Shown here piece by piece: positions 11,347 to 23,783 of a DNA stretch of 64,000 nucleotides (positions are counted from its first letter, which is position 1; each line of letters begins with the position of its first letter). Source of the DNA: Octopus sinensis (Eukaryota); the NCBI RefSeq assembly GCF_006345805.1, contig NC_043005.1, forward strand, positions 16,740,001 to 16,804,000. The letters run 5' to 3'. Made by a program: the position numbers and the translations under genes. The notes beneath the pieces were generated by a model. That model did no database searches. It was not told where the DNA came from and worked only from the letters and a program-made list of their open reading frames with translations.

Positions 11347-11800
11347 GGCGCAGGAGTGGCTGTGTGGTAAGTAGCTTAAGTGTAAGTAGCTGTATGGTCA
11401 GTAGCTTGCTTACCAATCACATGGTTCCGGGTTCAGTCCCACTGTGTGGCACTTTAGGCAAATGTCTTCTACTATAGCCTCAGGTTGACTAAAGCCATGT
11501 GAATGGATTTGGTAGACGGAAACTGAAAGAAGCCGACCATGTATGTGTGTGTGTGTGTGGTGTGTGTGTACTTATGCGTATGCATGTGTATATGTTTATG
11601 TGTCTGTGTTTATCCTCCCGCCCCCACCAACATCGCTTGACAACCGATGCTGGTGCATTTATGTCTTCATAACTTAGCAGTTCAGTAATAGAGAATGAGT
11701 ACTAGGCTTACAAAGAATAAGTCCTGGGATCGATTGGCTCAATTAAAGGTGGTGCTCCAGCATGGCCACAGTCAGATGACTGAAACAAAAGAACAAAAGT
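11347..11800 (+). mobile_element. SINE family A, full length with duplicated head segment
   Basis: GGCGCAGGAGTGGCTGTGTGGTAAG head, repeated GTAAGTAGC segments, standard tail. Confidence 0.9.
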
Positions 11801-11815
11801 ATTCATCAACAAAAT

Positions 11816-12265
11816 TAAGGCAGTGAGCTGGCAGAATCGTTAGCATGCTGGGTGAAATGCTTAGTGGTATTTCATCTGTCTTTATGTTCCGAGTTCAAAT
11901 TCCACTGAGTTCAACTTTGCTTTTCATCCTTTTGTGATCGATAAATTAAGTACCAGTTATGTAGTGCGGTTGATCTAATCAACTGGCCCCCACCCCCAAA
12001 ATTTCGGACTTTGTGCCCAGAGTAGAAAAGAATATATCCTTATTTTTAAGGCAGTGAGCTGGCAGAAACGTTAGCACATAGGGCAAAAAGCTTAGCAGTA
12101 TTTCGACTGTCTCCACGTGCTGTGTTCAAATTCCACAGAAGTCAACTTTGCTTTTCATCCTTTCAGGGTTGATAAATTAAGTACCAATTATGTACTGGGG
12201 GTCGATCTAATCAATTGGCCCCACTCCCCAAAAATTTCGGGCCTTGTGCCAAGAGTAGAAAAGAG
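11816..12265 (+). mobile_element. Two tandem SINE family C copies (11816-12033, 12047-12265)
   Basis: Each AAGGCAGTGAGCTGGCAGAA ... AGAGTAGAAAAGA; CpG sites mostly decayed to TpG/CpA. Confidence 0.9.
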
Positions 12266-12465
12266 TATCCATTAACCAAATCCACTCACAAGGTTTTCAT
12301 CATCCTGGGCCTGTAATAGAAGGTACTGACCCAAGGTGCCATATAATAATAAAAAAAACTTCCTACTTCACAGCCACACCTCTGCTTTTGCATTCATTTG
12401 TTTCATTAATTAAAGTCACACTAAACAAATTAGCATGTTTTCACATACATTGTCTATAAAAAGAG

Positions 12466-12846
12466 GAGGCGCAATGGCCCAGTGGTTAGGGCAGCAGACT
12501 TGCGGTCATAGGATCTCGGTTTCAATTCCCAGACCGGGCGTTGTGAGTGTTTATTGAGCGAAAATACCAAAGCTCCACGAGGCTCCGGCAGGGGATGGTG
12601 GTGATCCCTGCTGTACTCTTTCACCACAACTTTCTCTCACTCTTACTTCCTGTTTCTGTTGTACCTGTATTTCAAAGGGCCGGCCTTGTCACTCTCTGTG
12701 TCACGCTGAATATCCCCGAGAGCTACGTTAAGGGTACACGTGTCTGTGGAGTGCTCAGCCACTTACACGTTAATTTCACGAGCAGGCTGTTCCGTTGATT
12801 CGGATCAACCGGAACCCTCGTCGTCGTAACCGACGGAGTGCTTCCA
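12466..12846 (+). mobile_element. SINE family E, full length, 12-bp target-site duplication
   Basis: tRNA head GAGGCGCAATGGCCCAGTGGTTAGG ... GGTTTCAATTCCC; TSD CTATAAAAAGAG at 12454-12465 and 12847-12858. Confidence 0.9.
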
Positions 12847-13142
12847 CTATAAAAAGAGAAATTTTTCTTCCAATTTTGCGTTAAGCGACTGCCTTAAGTT
12901 TCGGTGTATTCAATAAAAATTTTATAAACCCTCTCAGATGTCAGAAGACAGACTTAATGGTGACCTTCAAATACCTGTGACCTTTTACCAAATAAATGAT
13001 ACAATTGTCTTTTGTTTTGTTTTGCTTTGTTTTTTTTTGTTTTTTTGTGTGTGTTGGTTATATCATGGCTTCAGCTAATATTCTGCTTCTTTTGTTGTTT
13101 GTTCTGTTTCCCTTCAAGCCTTGTTTAGTTCTAGAAATACTT

Positions 13143-13144
13143 GC

Positions 13145-13175
<31 letters not shown>

Positions 13176-13363
13176 CCTTTCTCTCTCCCTTTCTCTCTTT
13201 CTATCTATCTCTATTTTTCTCTCTCTCTCCCTTTCTCTCTCTCCCTTTCTCTCTCTCTCTTTCTCTCTCCCTCTCTCTCTCTTTCTATCTATCTGTCTAT
13301 CTATCTATCTCTATTTTTCTCTTTCTCGCTCTCCTTCTCCCCCTCTCCCCCCCTCTATCGCTG

Positions 13364-13398
<35 letters not shown>

Positions 13399-13438
13399 GT
13401 CAGTCTAGCTATCTATGTATGTATCTATCTGTGTGTGA

Positions 13439-13479
<41 letters not shown>

Positions 13480-13520
13480 GACATATCAATATCTATATAT
13501 ACATATATATATTATATATA
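13143..13520. repeat. Compound (CT)n/(TATC)n/(GT)n/(TA)n microsatellite
   Basis: Direct inspection. Confidence 0.95.
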
Positions 13521-14054
13521 TGAGGAGAGAGAGTGGGGTGCAAATGTGGCAGTGTGGTAAGAAATTTACTTCCCAACCACATGGATCTGGGTTCAGTTCC
13601 ACAGTGCAACACATAGGTTAGGATCTTCTACTATAGCCTCAGGCCACTTGTGAGTGGATCTGATGGACAGGAACTGAAAGTAGCTCTTTGCATATATATG
13701 CATGTATATGCATATATGTATATAAGTGTATACACACATACACACATATTAAACCTCTTATAGGGATATTTTATCCAAGATACCCTGGTTTAATATTTAA
13801 TATATTACATATTGAAGAGATATTCCTTCAATGAATATATTATACAAAATATCGTTAAAATATCAAATATAATCATCAAGTTAGAAAGCAGGGAGATGTA
13901 ATGGATACAAATTAGTTTATTAATTAATCAACATATTCACCTACAATTATTTCATTTGATGCACAGTAATTTTGTTTGGGAAATGAAACAGTTGTTAATT
14001 GATTAATAGATTAATTTGTATCCATTAGATCTCTCTGTTTTCTAACTTGATAAT

Positions 14055-14086
<32 letters not shown>

Positions 14087-14128
14087 TGCATGTATGCATG
14101 TATGCATGTATGCATGCATGAATGATGC

Positions 14129-14175
<47 letters not shown>

Positions 14176-14176
14176 G

Positions 14177-14249
<73 letters not shown>

Positions 14250-14270
14250 GTGTGTGTGTGTGTGTGGTGT
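14055..14270. repeat. (TATG)n/(TA)n/(TG)n microsatellite
   Basis: Direct inspection. Confidence 0.95.
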
Positions 14271-14309
14271 GTGTGTTATTTTCATAATATATATATATAT
14301 ATATTATTA

Positions 14310-14500
14310 TTTTCTTTGATTCAATCATTTGACTGCTCTCATGCTGGAGCACTATCTTAAGGGATTTTAGTTGAAAGCCTAGTATTATTCTATTGGTCCT
14401 TTTTGCTGAACTGCTAAGTTACAGTGACATAAACACACCAACATCAGTTGTCAAGCGATGGTGAGTGGTCAAACACAGACACAAATACACAAATATATAC
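14310..14500 (-). mobile_element. SINE family A, degenerate 3' half
   Basis: CATGCTGGAGCAC ... AACTGCTAAGTTAC ... GTTGTCAAGCGATG. Confidence 0.8.
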
Positions 14501-14571
<71 letters not shown>

Positions 14572-16045
14572 TGGCGTGCAGTTGTGGCATGCAAGTTTAC
14601 ATTTTATATAACTCAAAAATTAATTTAAGAACATAATGTATTTATAACTACATTGAAACACTGTCCAAATCATTGGAAACTGAGCTAAAATAGTTACTTT
14701 GTTTCAAAGGAAACATGTCCAGATTCAATACTTTGCAGTATTCCCATTCTGCTTCTTGCAGGTATGCTTATGGAAAAATGCACATGAAATTTTTGTCCTT
14801 CCTTTCCTATCTTTCAATAACTGTAATTTGTCTCCAGCCTATCTGTAAAGTCAATGCCTGTAAGATAAAATAACTACAGAAGACATGCTTTGAGAAAAAC
14901 GAATGTTACAGCTTTGGCTTTCTCCCCTCTCTTTCTATCAGTTCTTCTTTGAAAACAATTCATTCTAATTGATGTTGCTAATGCAACAGGCTAAATGGTT
15001 GAATGGGTTTGACTTTTGAACCCATAAAAATTCTAACCAAAATATTTCAACAATCCCATGATACTTAATTAGTCAGCTCAAATGTTGCTGTGACTTTGGA
15101 ATATCTATTTCACTCTGTCGTAAGTTTTGAAACTATTATCATTAACTATCCTCTCTATTGAACAAATTTTCAAAAATTCTGATATCAGGAATATAATATA
15201 GCTAATTAATCTTTCATTGATTTACTAAAATTATCTTTCTGTTTTATTGAAACTGATTTACAATTCATGTATACACTCACACATGCACTATTACTTTCAT
15301 GAGATAGGAGGACCTCTATCTTTAAGAGGATCTATCTCCTCAGTTTTGATCACATCTTTAAAAACTTTTTAAAATTAAACAGTTTGAAACTTCATATACT
15401 AGTGTAATTTTTCATGTTGAACACGGTTTACTTTCAACATTTTTCACAAAATTTTGTAATTTAGAAGTTATTTCACGTTAAAGTTGTCGTATTTGGGTAA
15501 TTTTAACCAATCAACAACGTGTATTCAGCTGAAGAAAGTTACTGCTGTTTGCAAAAGACATCAAAGAGCAACAACTTCCGGGTCATCTTTACTAAATGTC
15601 ACCACTCTGTTCTGTTTTATTTTATTTTTGTTTACTGCCTGTGTTGCATATTACATACTTTATTTAATATTATTTTTTTGCAAGGAAATGTTTTCCTACA
15701 AAATTAAATCACCGAAGAACTAATGAAAAATAGCAAGCTGCTGGAATACTGGTTAAATATTCCTAGCATCCATTGGAGTTAAAACCACCAAATACTTTAA
15801 TTATATTCCTGACCAATCTAAAGGATTTTGAAAATATTTATCCAAATGACTGAAATGTGTGTTAGAGAAGAAACCACAGCCATATTACATAAGTAAATGT
15901 GTTCTCTTAAATAATTTCAAAATGAATTAACTTAATCAATAAGTATTTATTGTATGACTAACCTCAGAAGTCACCACACACTACTGATATATATATATAT
16001 ATATATATACAACACGAATGAGTGAACACATGCATGAAGAGCACT

Positions 16046-16385
16046 CACATTTATTAGGAGTTACATGTATGGATCAAAACAATTTGATTCAAATTCAAAA
16101 TGGCTGAAGACTAGCATCATGATTGAAACTTGGAGTACCAACGAATTTGAATTAAACTGTTTTGATCCATACATGTAACTCCTAATAAATGTGTTGCGTC
16201 ATTGTCCACTCGCTCATATGTATGAAAGAAAACACTTTGGCTCAAATTCATCGGTACTCTGAGTTTCAAGCATGATGCTAGTCTTCAGCCATTTTGAATT
16301 TGAAATTCACAATGGCTGAAGAATAGCATCATGATTGAAACTTGGAGTACCAACAAATTTGAATCAAGCTGTTTTGATCCATGCA
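16046..16385. repeat. Nested inverted/direct repeat containing three hammerhead-like units
   Basis: Arms 16046-16096 and 16143-16194 are inverted; unit TGGCTGAAGA..GAAACT..GAGTACC at 16101-16140 (+), 16253-16291 (-), 16313-16352 (+). Confidence 0.75.
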
Positions 16386-16402
16386 TACATACATACATAT
16401 AT

Positions 16403-16445
<43 letters not shown>

Positions 16446-16714
16446 ACATATATGTGTGTGTGTGTGTGTATATAAATATATATATATTATATTATATATA
16501 TTATATATATATATATATATACACATATAAATATGTGTGTGTGGTGTATATAAGATATATATATAGTAGATATATAAAGAGAGAGAGAGAGAAAGAGAGA
16601 GAGATAAATAGACTACAGACAGACAGAAAGATAGATAGATTGATAGATACTGATGGATGGATGGCCAGATTGGTGGATGGATGAATGAATGCAGATAGAA
16701 ACACAGAGAAGCCC

Positions 16715-16750
<36 letters not shown>

Positions 16751-16982
16751 TGTATTTTAGTGTGTGTTTGTGTTTCTGTGTTTTGACATTGTGTGATGGT
16801 TGTAAGTAAACATCATCATCCTCTCACACAAGCAGTTTCCTTCCTTCCCAATCTTCCATAAAAACATGCTTGGCCACAGGAAAGTATTACATTGCCAGGA
16901 AAGCAATGAGGTTTGGAAGAAGGAATGGACATTGTCTGACCATAGAAAACCTGTCTCAGTGAACTCTGTCTAACTCAAGCAT

Positions 16983-17110
16983 CAAAAAGTGAACATTAAA
17001 ATGATGATGACGATGATGATGATAATGACGACGATGACGATGATGATGATGATGACGACGATGACGATGACGACGATGATGATGATGATAATGATGATGA
17101 TGATGATGAA
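16983..17110. repeat. (GAT/GAC)n trinucleotide repeat
   Basis: Direct inspection; source of the poly-H/R ORF. Confidence 0.95.
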
Positions 17111-17638
17111 AAGTGTGCAAAATGTGCCTGCACATTAAAATTTCAGTTACAAACATTTATGCAACAGAGAGCAACTTTCTAAATATTTGAGGCCATAAAA
17201 TGGCAACACACAAAAACGGGCAACATAGCCGGGGACTAAAAACACAGTCGTACTTCCATGTGGATTTACATATACTTGTATACGCATTTTATATATATGC
17301 AAATGCACATTTGTATCTATTATTAAATGCCCATTAGCAGATATTTTCCTGTCATCCCAAAGGTTGTCCCAAATCACTCTCCCAAGTCGTTGATAACCTA
17401 ACCTGACCATGCACAGGTTGTATTAGCTTACATGGTAACCAATGACAGAGCCCTGGTTATCAGAGATCTGACCTGACATTTATACAAACATCTGCACATA
17501 CCACACACAAAACAGATACACAAACGCATACAACACAATGCACACACAATACAAGCGTGCATGCACACACAATACAAGCGTGCATGCACACACAATACAA
17601 GCGTGCATGCACACACACTCACGCACACACACACATAC

Positions 17639-17679
<41 letters not shown>

Positions 17680-17765
17680 CTTACACAAACACACATATCA
17701 AATACCTGCTTATCTCTTGCGAGATGGATTACAAGTTTTGTTGATCCTACCAACAATGGAACAGT

Positions 17766-18080
17766 ATACTCAGTGGTTAAAAAATTGGGCTTACAGATGT
17801 TAGATTGAAATTTCAATTCCCAGACCGGGCTATGTGTTGTGTTCTTGAGCAAGACACTTCATTTCATATTGCTGCAATACACTCGACAGTAGAAATGAAT
17901 TGCCAATCTGCATCAGCCTTTGCTTTTCCCTTGGATAACATCGGTAGCATGAAGAGGGGAGGCTGGTATGCATATATGACTGCTGATCTTCCATAAACAG
18001 CCATTCTTGGACTCGTGCCTTGGAAGGTAACTTTCTGGATGCAATCGCATGGATATTCATGATCAAAAGGGAACTTTTCT
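17766..18080 (+). mobile_element. SINE family F, degenerate
   Basis: TGTGTTGTGTTCTTGAGCAAGACAC centre and GCCTTTGCTTTTCCCTTGGATAAC; cf. 31145-31483. Confidence 0.75.
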
Positions 18081-18145
18081 TTAAATATATATATATGATT
18101 GTGCTTTACTGGTAAACTACTAGGTATAAACCATTCATTTTATTA

Positions 18146-18492
18146 TCCAGGTTCAGTCCCACTGCGTGGCACCTTGGGCAAGTGTCTTCTACTATAGCCT
18201 CGGGCCGACCAAAGCCTTGTGAGTAGATTTGGTAGACAGAAACTGAAAGAAGCCCATCGTATATATGTATATATATATATGGGTGTGTGTGTGTGTGTGT
18301 ATGCATGCGTGTGTGTATGTGTGTGTCTGTGTTTGTCCTCCCAACATCGCTTGACAACTGACGCTGGTGTGTTTACATCCCCCGTAACTTAGTGGTTTGG
18401 CAAAAGAGACCAATAGAATAAGCACTAGGCTTACAAAGAATAAGTCCTGGGATCAATTTGCTTGACTAAAGGTGGTGCTCCATCATGGCCGC
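18146..18492 (+). mobile_element. SINE family A, 5'-truncated
   Basis: Starts at B-box GGTTCAGTCCC, continues to GGTGCTCCATCATGGCCGCA. Confidence 0.85.
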
Positions 18493-18494
18493 AT

Positions 18495-19273
18495 CCTCAA
18501 TGATCTGTTCAGCTCGATGAGGACGTCCTGCAAAACCCTGGTAGAACAAAATCCCATCATAACTGTTGAGAAAGTAGCAGAGAAGCTTGGATTTGGTCAT
18601 TCAAACATTCATCAACAACTGCACTAGAAGAAAAACAACCATCTTTGGCTTCAAGATGAAAGGTGTGTATGTATGTATGCATGTATGTTCGTACATACGT
18701 ATGTATGTACGTATGTATGCATGTATGTATGTATGTATGTAAATATATTTATATGTATGTGTGCATGTATGTATTTGTGTGTGTATGTCTGTATATATAT
18801 GTGTGTATGTATGTATGTATGTATGCATGTATGTATGTATCTTTCTATCAGGATAGATAACGATACTGAACAATGGTGTTTCCATTCCTTTTTACCATCA
18901 GGATAATGTTCAGCCACATACAGCAAGGATGACATTCCAAAGGCTGAAGCAGTTTGAATGGAAAACGATGCCCGACCCACCATTTTCACTGGACATTGAT
19001 TATCATTTGATTATCATTTATTCCACAGTCTTCAAAATCATTTGGACAGAAAAAATATGAATTCTGTAGACACGGTCAGAACAGTACCAGAGGAGTATTT
19101 TTTGACACGGACAAGTGAATTTTGAAAGAGGGGCTTTGTAAGTCTACCAGATAGATGGAAGAGCATTGTAGAAAATGATGGAGAGTATCACTTAGATTAA
19201 AAAAGAACTTTATCTTAATTTTGAAAAATAAAAGAAGTATAAAAAAAATTGCATTATTTATGGGATAACCCAA
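18495..19273 (+). mobile_element. Mariner transposon relic interrupted by a (TGTA)n-containing insert
   Basis: DEDVLQTLVEQNPIITVEKVAEKLGFGHSNIHQQL (HTH), HQDNVQPHTAR, PDPPFSLDI, DYHLFHSLQNHL, LPDRWKSIVENDGEY; terminus TTATTTATGGGATAACCCAA followed by TA. Confidence 0.85.
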
Positions 19274-19553
19274 TATATATATATATATATATATAAATCA
19301 ATAAATGGTGGGGTTGTGTTGACCGCACATGGAGAAATGATAGGCAAGGAAAAATTATAAAAAGGCAGAATGCTAAATTGAAAGAAAATTTTAATGAAAA
19401 TGGGTGTATGGAAAATTTTGAAAAATTGAAAAAATATATATATATTAATTCAAACCGGTTTTCGTCATAATGTGACTTTTCAAGAATTGTAAAGAAAATT
19501 TTTTTTTTAATTTGAGGAGGGGGAAAAAAGAAAATTACATTGTTTTTTCCTTG

Positions 19554-19591
<38 letters not shown>

Positions 19592-19779
19592 GAAATGATA
19601 GTGCCAAGCACTGTTTAGGTATAATCAAAATTTAGGTTAGTTAAAATATGTTTGTGACATATTTCAGCTGCTAAAAGACAAATTCAGTGCAGTTACCATG
19701 GAGAAAATATCTTTTTTTATGGTAAAAAGGTGTGGAAACATCTTTGTTCAGTGTCGTCATCTATCCTGATAGATAGATA

Positions 19780-20083
19780 CATACATGCATGCATACATAC
19801 ATACACACATATATATATACAGACATACACACACAGATACATATATATACATACATACGTACATACATACATACATACATACGTACATACATGCATACAT
19901 ATATACATACATTCATACATTCATACATACATACAGACATGCATGCATATGTACATAGACACATATATATATATACAGACATACACACACATACATACAT
20001 GCATACATACATACATACATACATACACACATATATATTCAGACATACACACGCATACATACATGCACACATACATATGTATA

Positions 20084-20117
<34 letters not shown>

Positions 20118-20250
20118 CAAACATACATACATACATACAAACATACATACAAACATACATACATACATACATACAAACATACATACATACATACAAACAT
20201 ACATACAAATATACATACATACATACATACATACATACATACATACACTC
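19780..20250. repeat. Long degenerate (TACA)n tract
   Basis: Direct inspection; source of the HTYI/MYVC ORFs. Confidence 0.95.
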
Positions 20251-20732
20251 ACTCCAAATACTGCGCAAAATACTGTGTAAAATACACATGCAAAAAATAC
20301 TCTGTTGATGTTGTTGAAATTCCAATGAAGAAGCCTTGGATCTAGGTTAGAAACCGATTCTTTATTGGCAAGAAATCTTGAAGTAAAACTCGAATAATGA
20401 CACACATATACATACATGCATACACACACACATATATTATATATATACATATATATATATATTTATATATATACAAACATACATACATACATGCTTACAT
20501 TAACACATGCATACCTAGATATGATATCTATATACATGTATGTTAATTTATGCGAGTTAAAAAGGGATTATATGCTGAACAGAGAAATCTGCAATTCGGA
20601 AATTTGTAGTCCTTGCTTATCACACATAAATTAACATGGATAAGACTCCAAACATTCCAGAATATAATTATATTATGTGTTTTTATGTATTTTTGTACTG
20701 CAATGTAAATAAAGCTCTGGCCCCCTTCCTCG

Positions 20733-20763
<31 letters not shown>

Positions 20764-20944
20764 TCCTTTTTCTTTCTTTCTTTCTTTCTTTCTTTCCTTT
20801 TTTCTTTCTTTCTTTCTTTCTTTCTCTCTCTCTCTCTATTCACACACACACACTCTCTCTCTCTCTTTTGCTCTCTCTTTCTCTTTCTCACTTGTTTTCA
20901 CCTTTTCTCTTTCCCTTTAAGCACGCACATATAAGTGTACATGT

Positions 20945-21285
20945 GTGGAAGAAGAAGCAGTGGGGGAAGGAGGGGGAGGAGGAGGAGGAGAATGGGGGAG
21001 GAGGAGGAGAAGAAGAAGAAGAAGAAGAAGAAGAAGAAGGAAAAGAAAAAGAAGAAGAAGAAGAAGAAGAAGAAGAAGAAGAAGAAGAAGAAGAAGAAGA
21101 AGAAGAAGAAGAAGAAGAAGAAGAAAAGAAGAAGAAGAGAGAAGAAGAAGAAGAAGAAGAAGAAGAAGAAGAAGAAGAAGAAGAAGAAGAAGAAGAAGAA
21201 GAAGGAGAGAAGAAGAAGAAGAAGAAGAAGAAGAAGAATGGCTATGATGATGATGATGATGATGGTAATAATAATAATAATTATA
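20945..21285. repeat. (GGA)n-(GAA)n-(GAT)n-(AAT)n compound tract
   Basis: About 230 bp of nearly pure GAA; source of the poly-E/K/R ORFs. Confidence 0.95.
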
Positions 21286-21862
21286 ACTGATCCAGAACCA
21301 GGCAGAGTTTTACTCTCGAGTGTGATAACCAGCTTGAAGATCACCAAGGTTAGATCCCAATAATTCATGCAGTCACTTAACTGACAGTTGAATGTCACCT
21401 AGCAACGATGTTTGGCTTTGATGTAAGAGTGAGTAAAGAGAGGGAGGGTTGAGCAAGATTGAGAGAGGGAGGGGAGAGCAGCCGAGAGAGAGAGAGGGGC
21501 AGGGACAGCGATTTTGACATGGTTTCACTGTGGATTAGACATACTTGAAATGGCATAGATTTTATTTTACATTCTTTGGTGATGCAGTATGAAAGTTATG
21601 TATGTATAAAGTTATGAATAAAAAAACGCAAACTCGCTCATCAGTCGGTTTTGATGATAAAAGTTCTTGTTGTTCAATCAACTGAAGCTACTTAATCATT
21701 GAATTATTGCATAAGCTGTTGAGTATTCCTAAGATATATAGGCACAGACAAGCATGGCTTTCACATTCAGTCCCACTGCATAGCACTTTGGGCAGCTGCC
21801 TTCCACTATAGTCCTGGACTGACGAAAGCCTTGTAACTGAATTTGGGAGAGCCCCGTCCCCA

Positions 21863-21901
<39 letters not shown>

Positions 21902-21989
21902 GAAAGTTTACGAGAATAAACAAAAGACGAAGGCAGGTGGAGTACAAACAAACAAATGTATTAGTATAGTGCTCCGGAATAGAAAAAGT

Positions 21990-22025
21990 CTTTTACGTTT
22001 CGAGCCTACGCTCTTCAACAGAAAG
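21990..22025 (-). ncRNA. Minimal type I hammerhead-like motif, variant core CUGUUGA
   Basis: Minus strand CTTT-CTGTTGA-A-GAGC(GTAG)GCTC-GAAA-CG-TA|AAAG; stems I and II fully paired; ACGT palindrome. Confidence 0.65.
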
Positions 22026-22067
22026 ATATATATATATATATATATATATAGATATCTATATATATAG

Positions 22068-22102
<35 letters not shown>

Positions 22103-22136
22103 AGATAGATAGATAAGATATATATATATATATATA

Positions 22137-22434
22137 TCACCGTGACCGACCAGGCTATCAGATATTGCTACACATCGCTGGTCACAATGCGCTTCGCATT
22201 GTTTTAGCCTTCAAATGACGCCACCCCGCTGGCTAAGCGAGCAGGCCAACAGAAGAAAAAGTGGGAGAAAGAGTGGTGAAAGAGTACAGCAGGGATTACC
22301 ACCACCTGCTGGAGCCTCGTGGAGCTTTAGGTGTTTTCACTCAATAAACAGTCACAACACCCGGTCTGGGAATCGAAACCGTGATCCTACGACCGCGAGT
22401 CCGCTGCCCTAACCACTGGGCCATTGCGCCTCCA
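22137..22434 (-). mobile_element. SINE with family E head and a different 3' tail
   Basis: Head and first ~150 nt match 12466; tail GGCCTGCTCGCTTAGCCAGCGGGGTGGCGTC ... is unrelated. Confidence 0.85.
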
Positions 22435-23029
22435 TATATATATATATATATGTGTATATATATATACTTACTTCTAATATAGGATAAAAATTTTTTTTAA
22501 AATTTCATCAAGTGGCCAGCATATTAAAATACCTTTTAAGGTGAATATTATAAACAATTATAAATAAGGGCAAATATGCTAAGAAATAGACTTTCTAAGC
22601 CAATATGCTAAGAAATAGACTTTAGATTGTCAATGACCACATACAATATATATGAATCGAGGAAAGCAAGCTAACGGATTTTTTTTTTAAATGCATTATC
22701 TCTAAATCAAACGATTTTGGTATTTATCCAACAGATTTTCCCACTCATCAGCAGAGAATACGTCTATTTCTCAGCATATTGGCTAAGAAATTTTTTTTCT
22801 TTTGCCCTTATTTATAATTATATATATATATTATGGAGATGTACTTGCATAGCAAGTGACCTGATCTGAGATCATGTGCTGGTACGAAAACAATTGCAGC
22901 GTGGAAGGTGTTTATAAGCCATTTAAGAAACACACAAAAACCGTTAGATTCACTTCAACAGTTATATTTAATTTGCCAACTCGTGTGTTACTTTTCTACC
23001 TTCTACACACACACACACACACACATATA

Positions 23030-23580
23030 TTCTTTTATTTGTTTCAGTCATTTGACTGCACTAATGCTGGAGCACTGCCTTTAGTCAAACAAATCAACCC
23101 CAAGACTTATTCTTTGTAAGCCTAATACTTATTCTATCAGTCTCTTTTGCCAAACTGTTAAATTTCAGGAACGCAAACAAACCAACATCAGTTGCCAAAC
23201 AATGGCAGGGGGGACAACCACAGACACACATAAATACACACACACACACTCATATGTATATATTATGGGCTTCTTTCAGTCTCCATCTACCAAATCTACT
23301 CACAAGGCTTTGGTTGGCCTAAGACTATAGTAGAAGACATTCACCCAAAATGCCATGCAGTGGGACTGAACCCAGAACCATGAGGTTGGTAAGCAAGCTT
23401 CTTATCACACAGCCATGCCTGCACCTGGGCAAGTGTCTTCCACTATAGCCTTGGGCTGACCAAAGCCTAGTACTTATTCTATCAGTATCTTTTGCCAAAC
23501 TGCTAAGTTATGGGGACATAAACACGCCAGCATTAGTTGTCAAGTGATGTTAGGGAGAACAAACACAGACACACAAACAT
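23030..23580 (-). mobile_element. SINE family A (23030-23424) plus adjacent internally deleted partial copy
   Basis: Reverse complement of family A; second copy joins CCAAAGCC directly to TAGTACTTATTCTATC. Confidence 0.85.
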
Positions 23581-23605
23581 ACATACATATATATATATAT
23601 AATAT

Positions 23606-23649
<44 letters not shown>

Positions 23650-23703
23650 GTGAATGGAAGAAATGGAGTTGAACAAAGATTGTACAGAATTCCTTTTATT
23701 ACA

Positions 23704-23783
23704 TTCTACACATGTTTCAAAGGCCACAATTTTCCAAATTCTGATTAAATAAGGATACCATATTGCAGCTTTCTCTTCAGGAA
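23704..23783 (-). ncRNA. Type I hammerhead-like motif with extended stem II
   Basis: Minus strand TTC-CTGAAGA-G-AAAGCTGCAAT...ATTGTGGCCTTT-GAAA-CATGTG-TA|GAA; canonical core, ~11 bp stem II, GUA site. Confidence 0.65.

Noticed and set aside
12466-12545. tRNA-like sequences with A and B boxes (also 22360, 29770, 31145)
   Set aside because: SINE heads running into repeat bodies; no complete cloverleaf or T-run terminator.
17147-17410. 87-aa minus-strand ORF in unique sequence
   Set aside because: No family motif recognised and no splice signals found.
20322-20362. CCAATGA-AG-AAGCCT..AGGTT-A-GAAACCGATTC, and similar strings at ~27865-27910 and ~28895-28945
   Set aside because: Core or spacing too far from a hammerhead to call without a family consensus.
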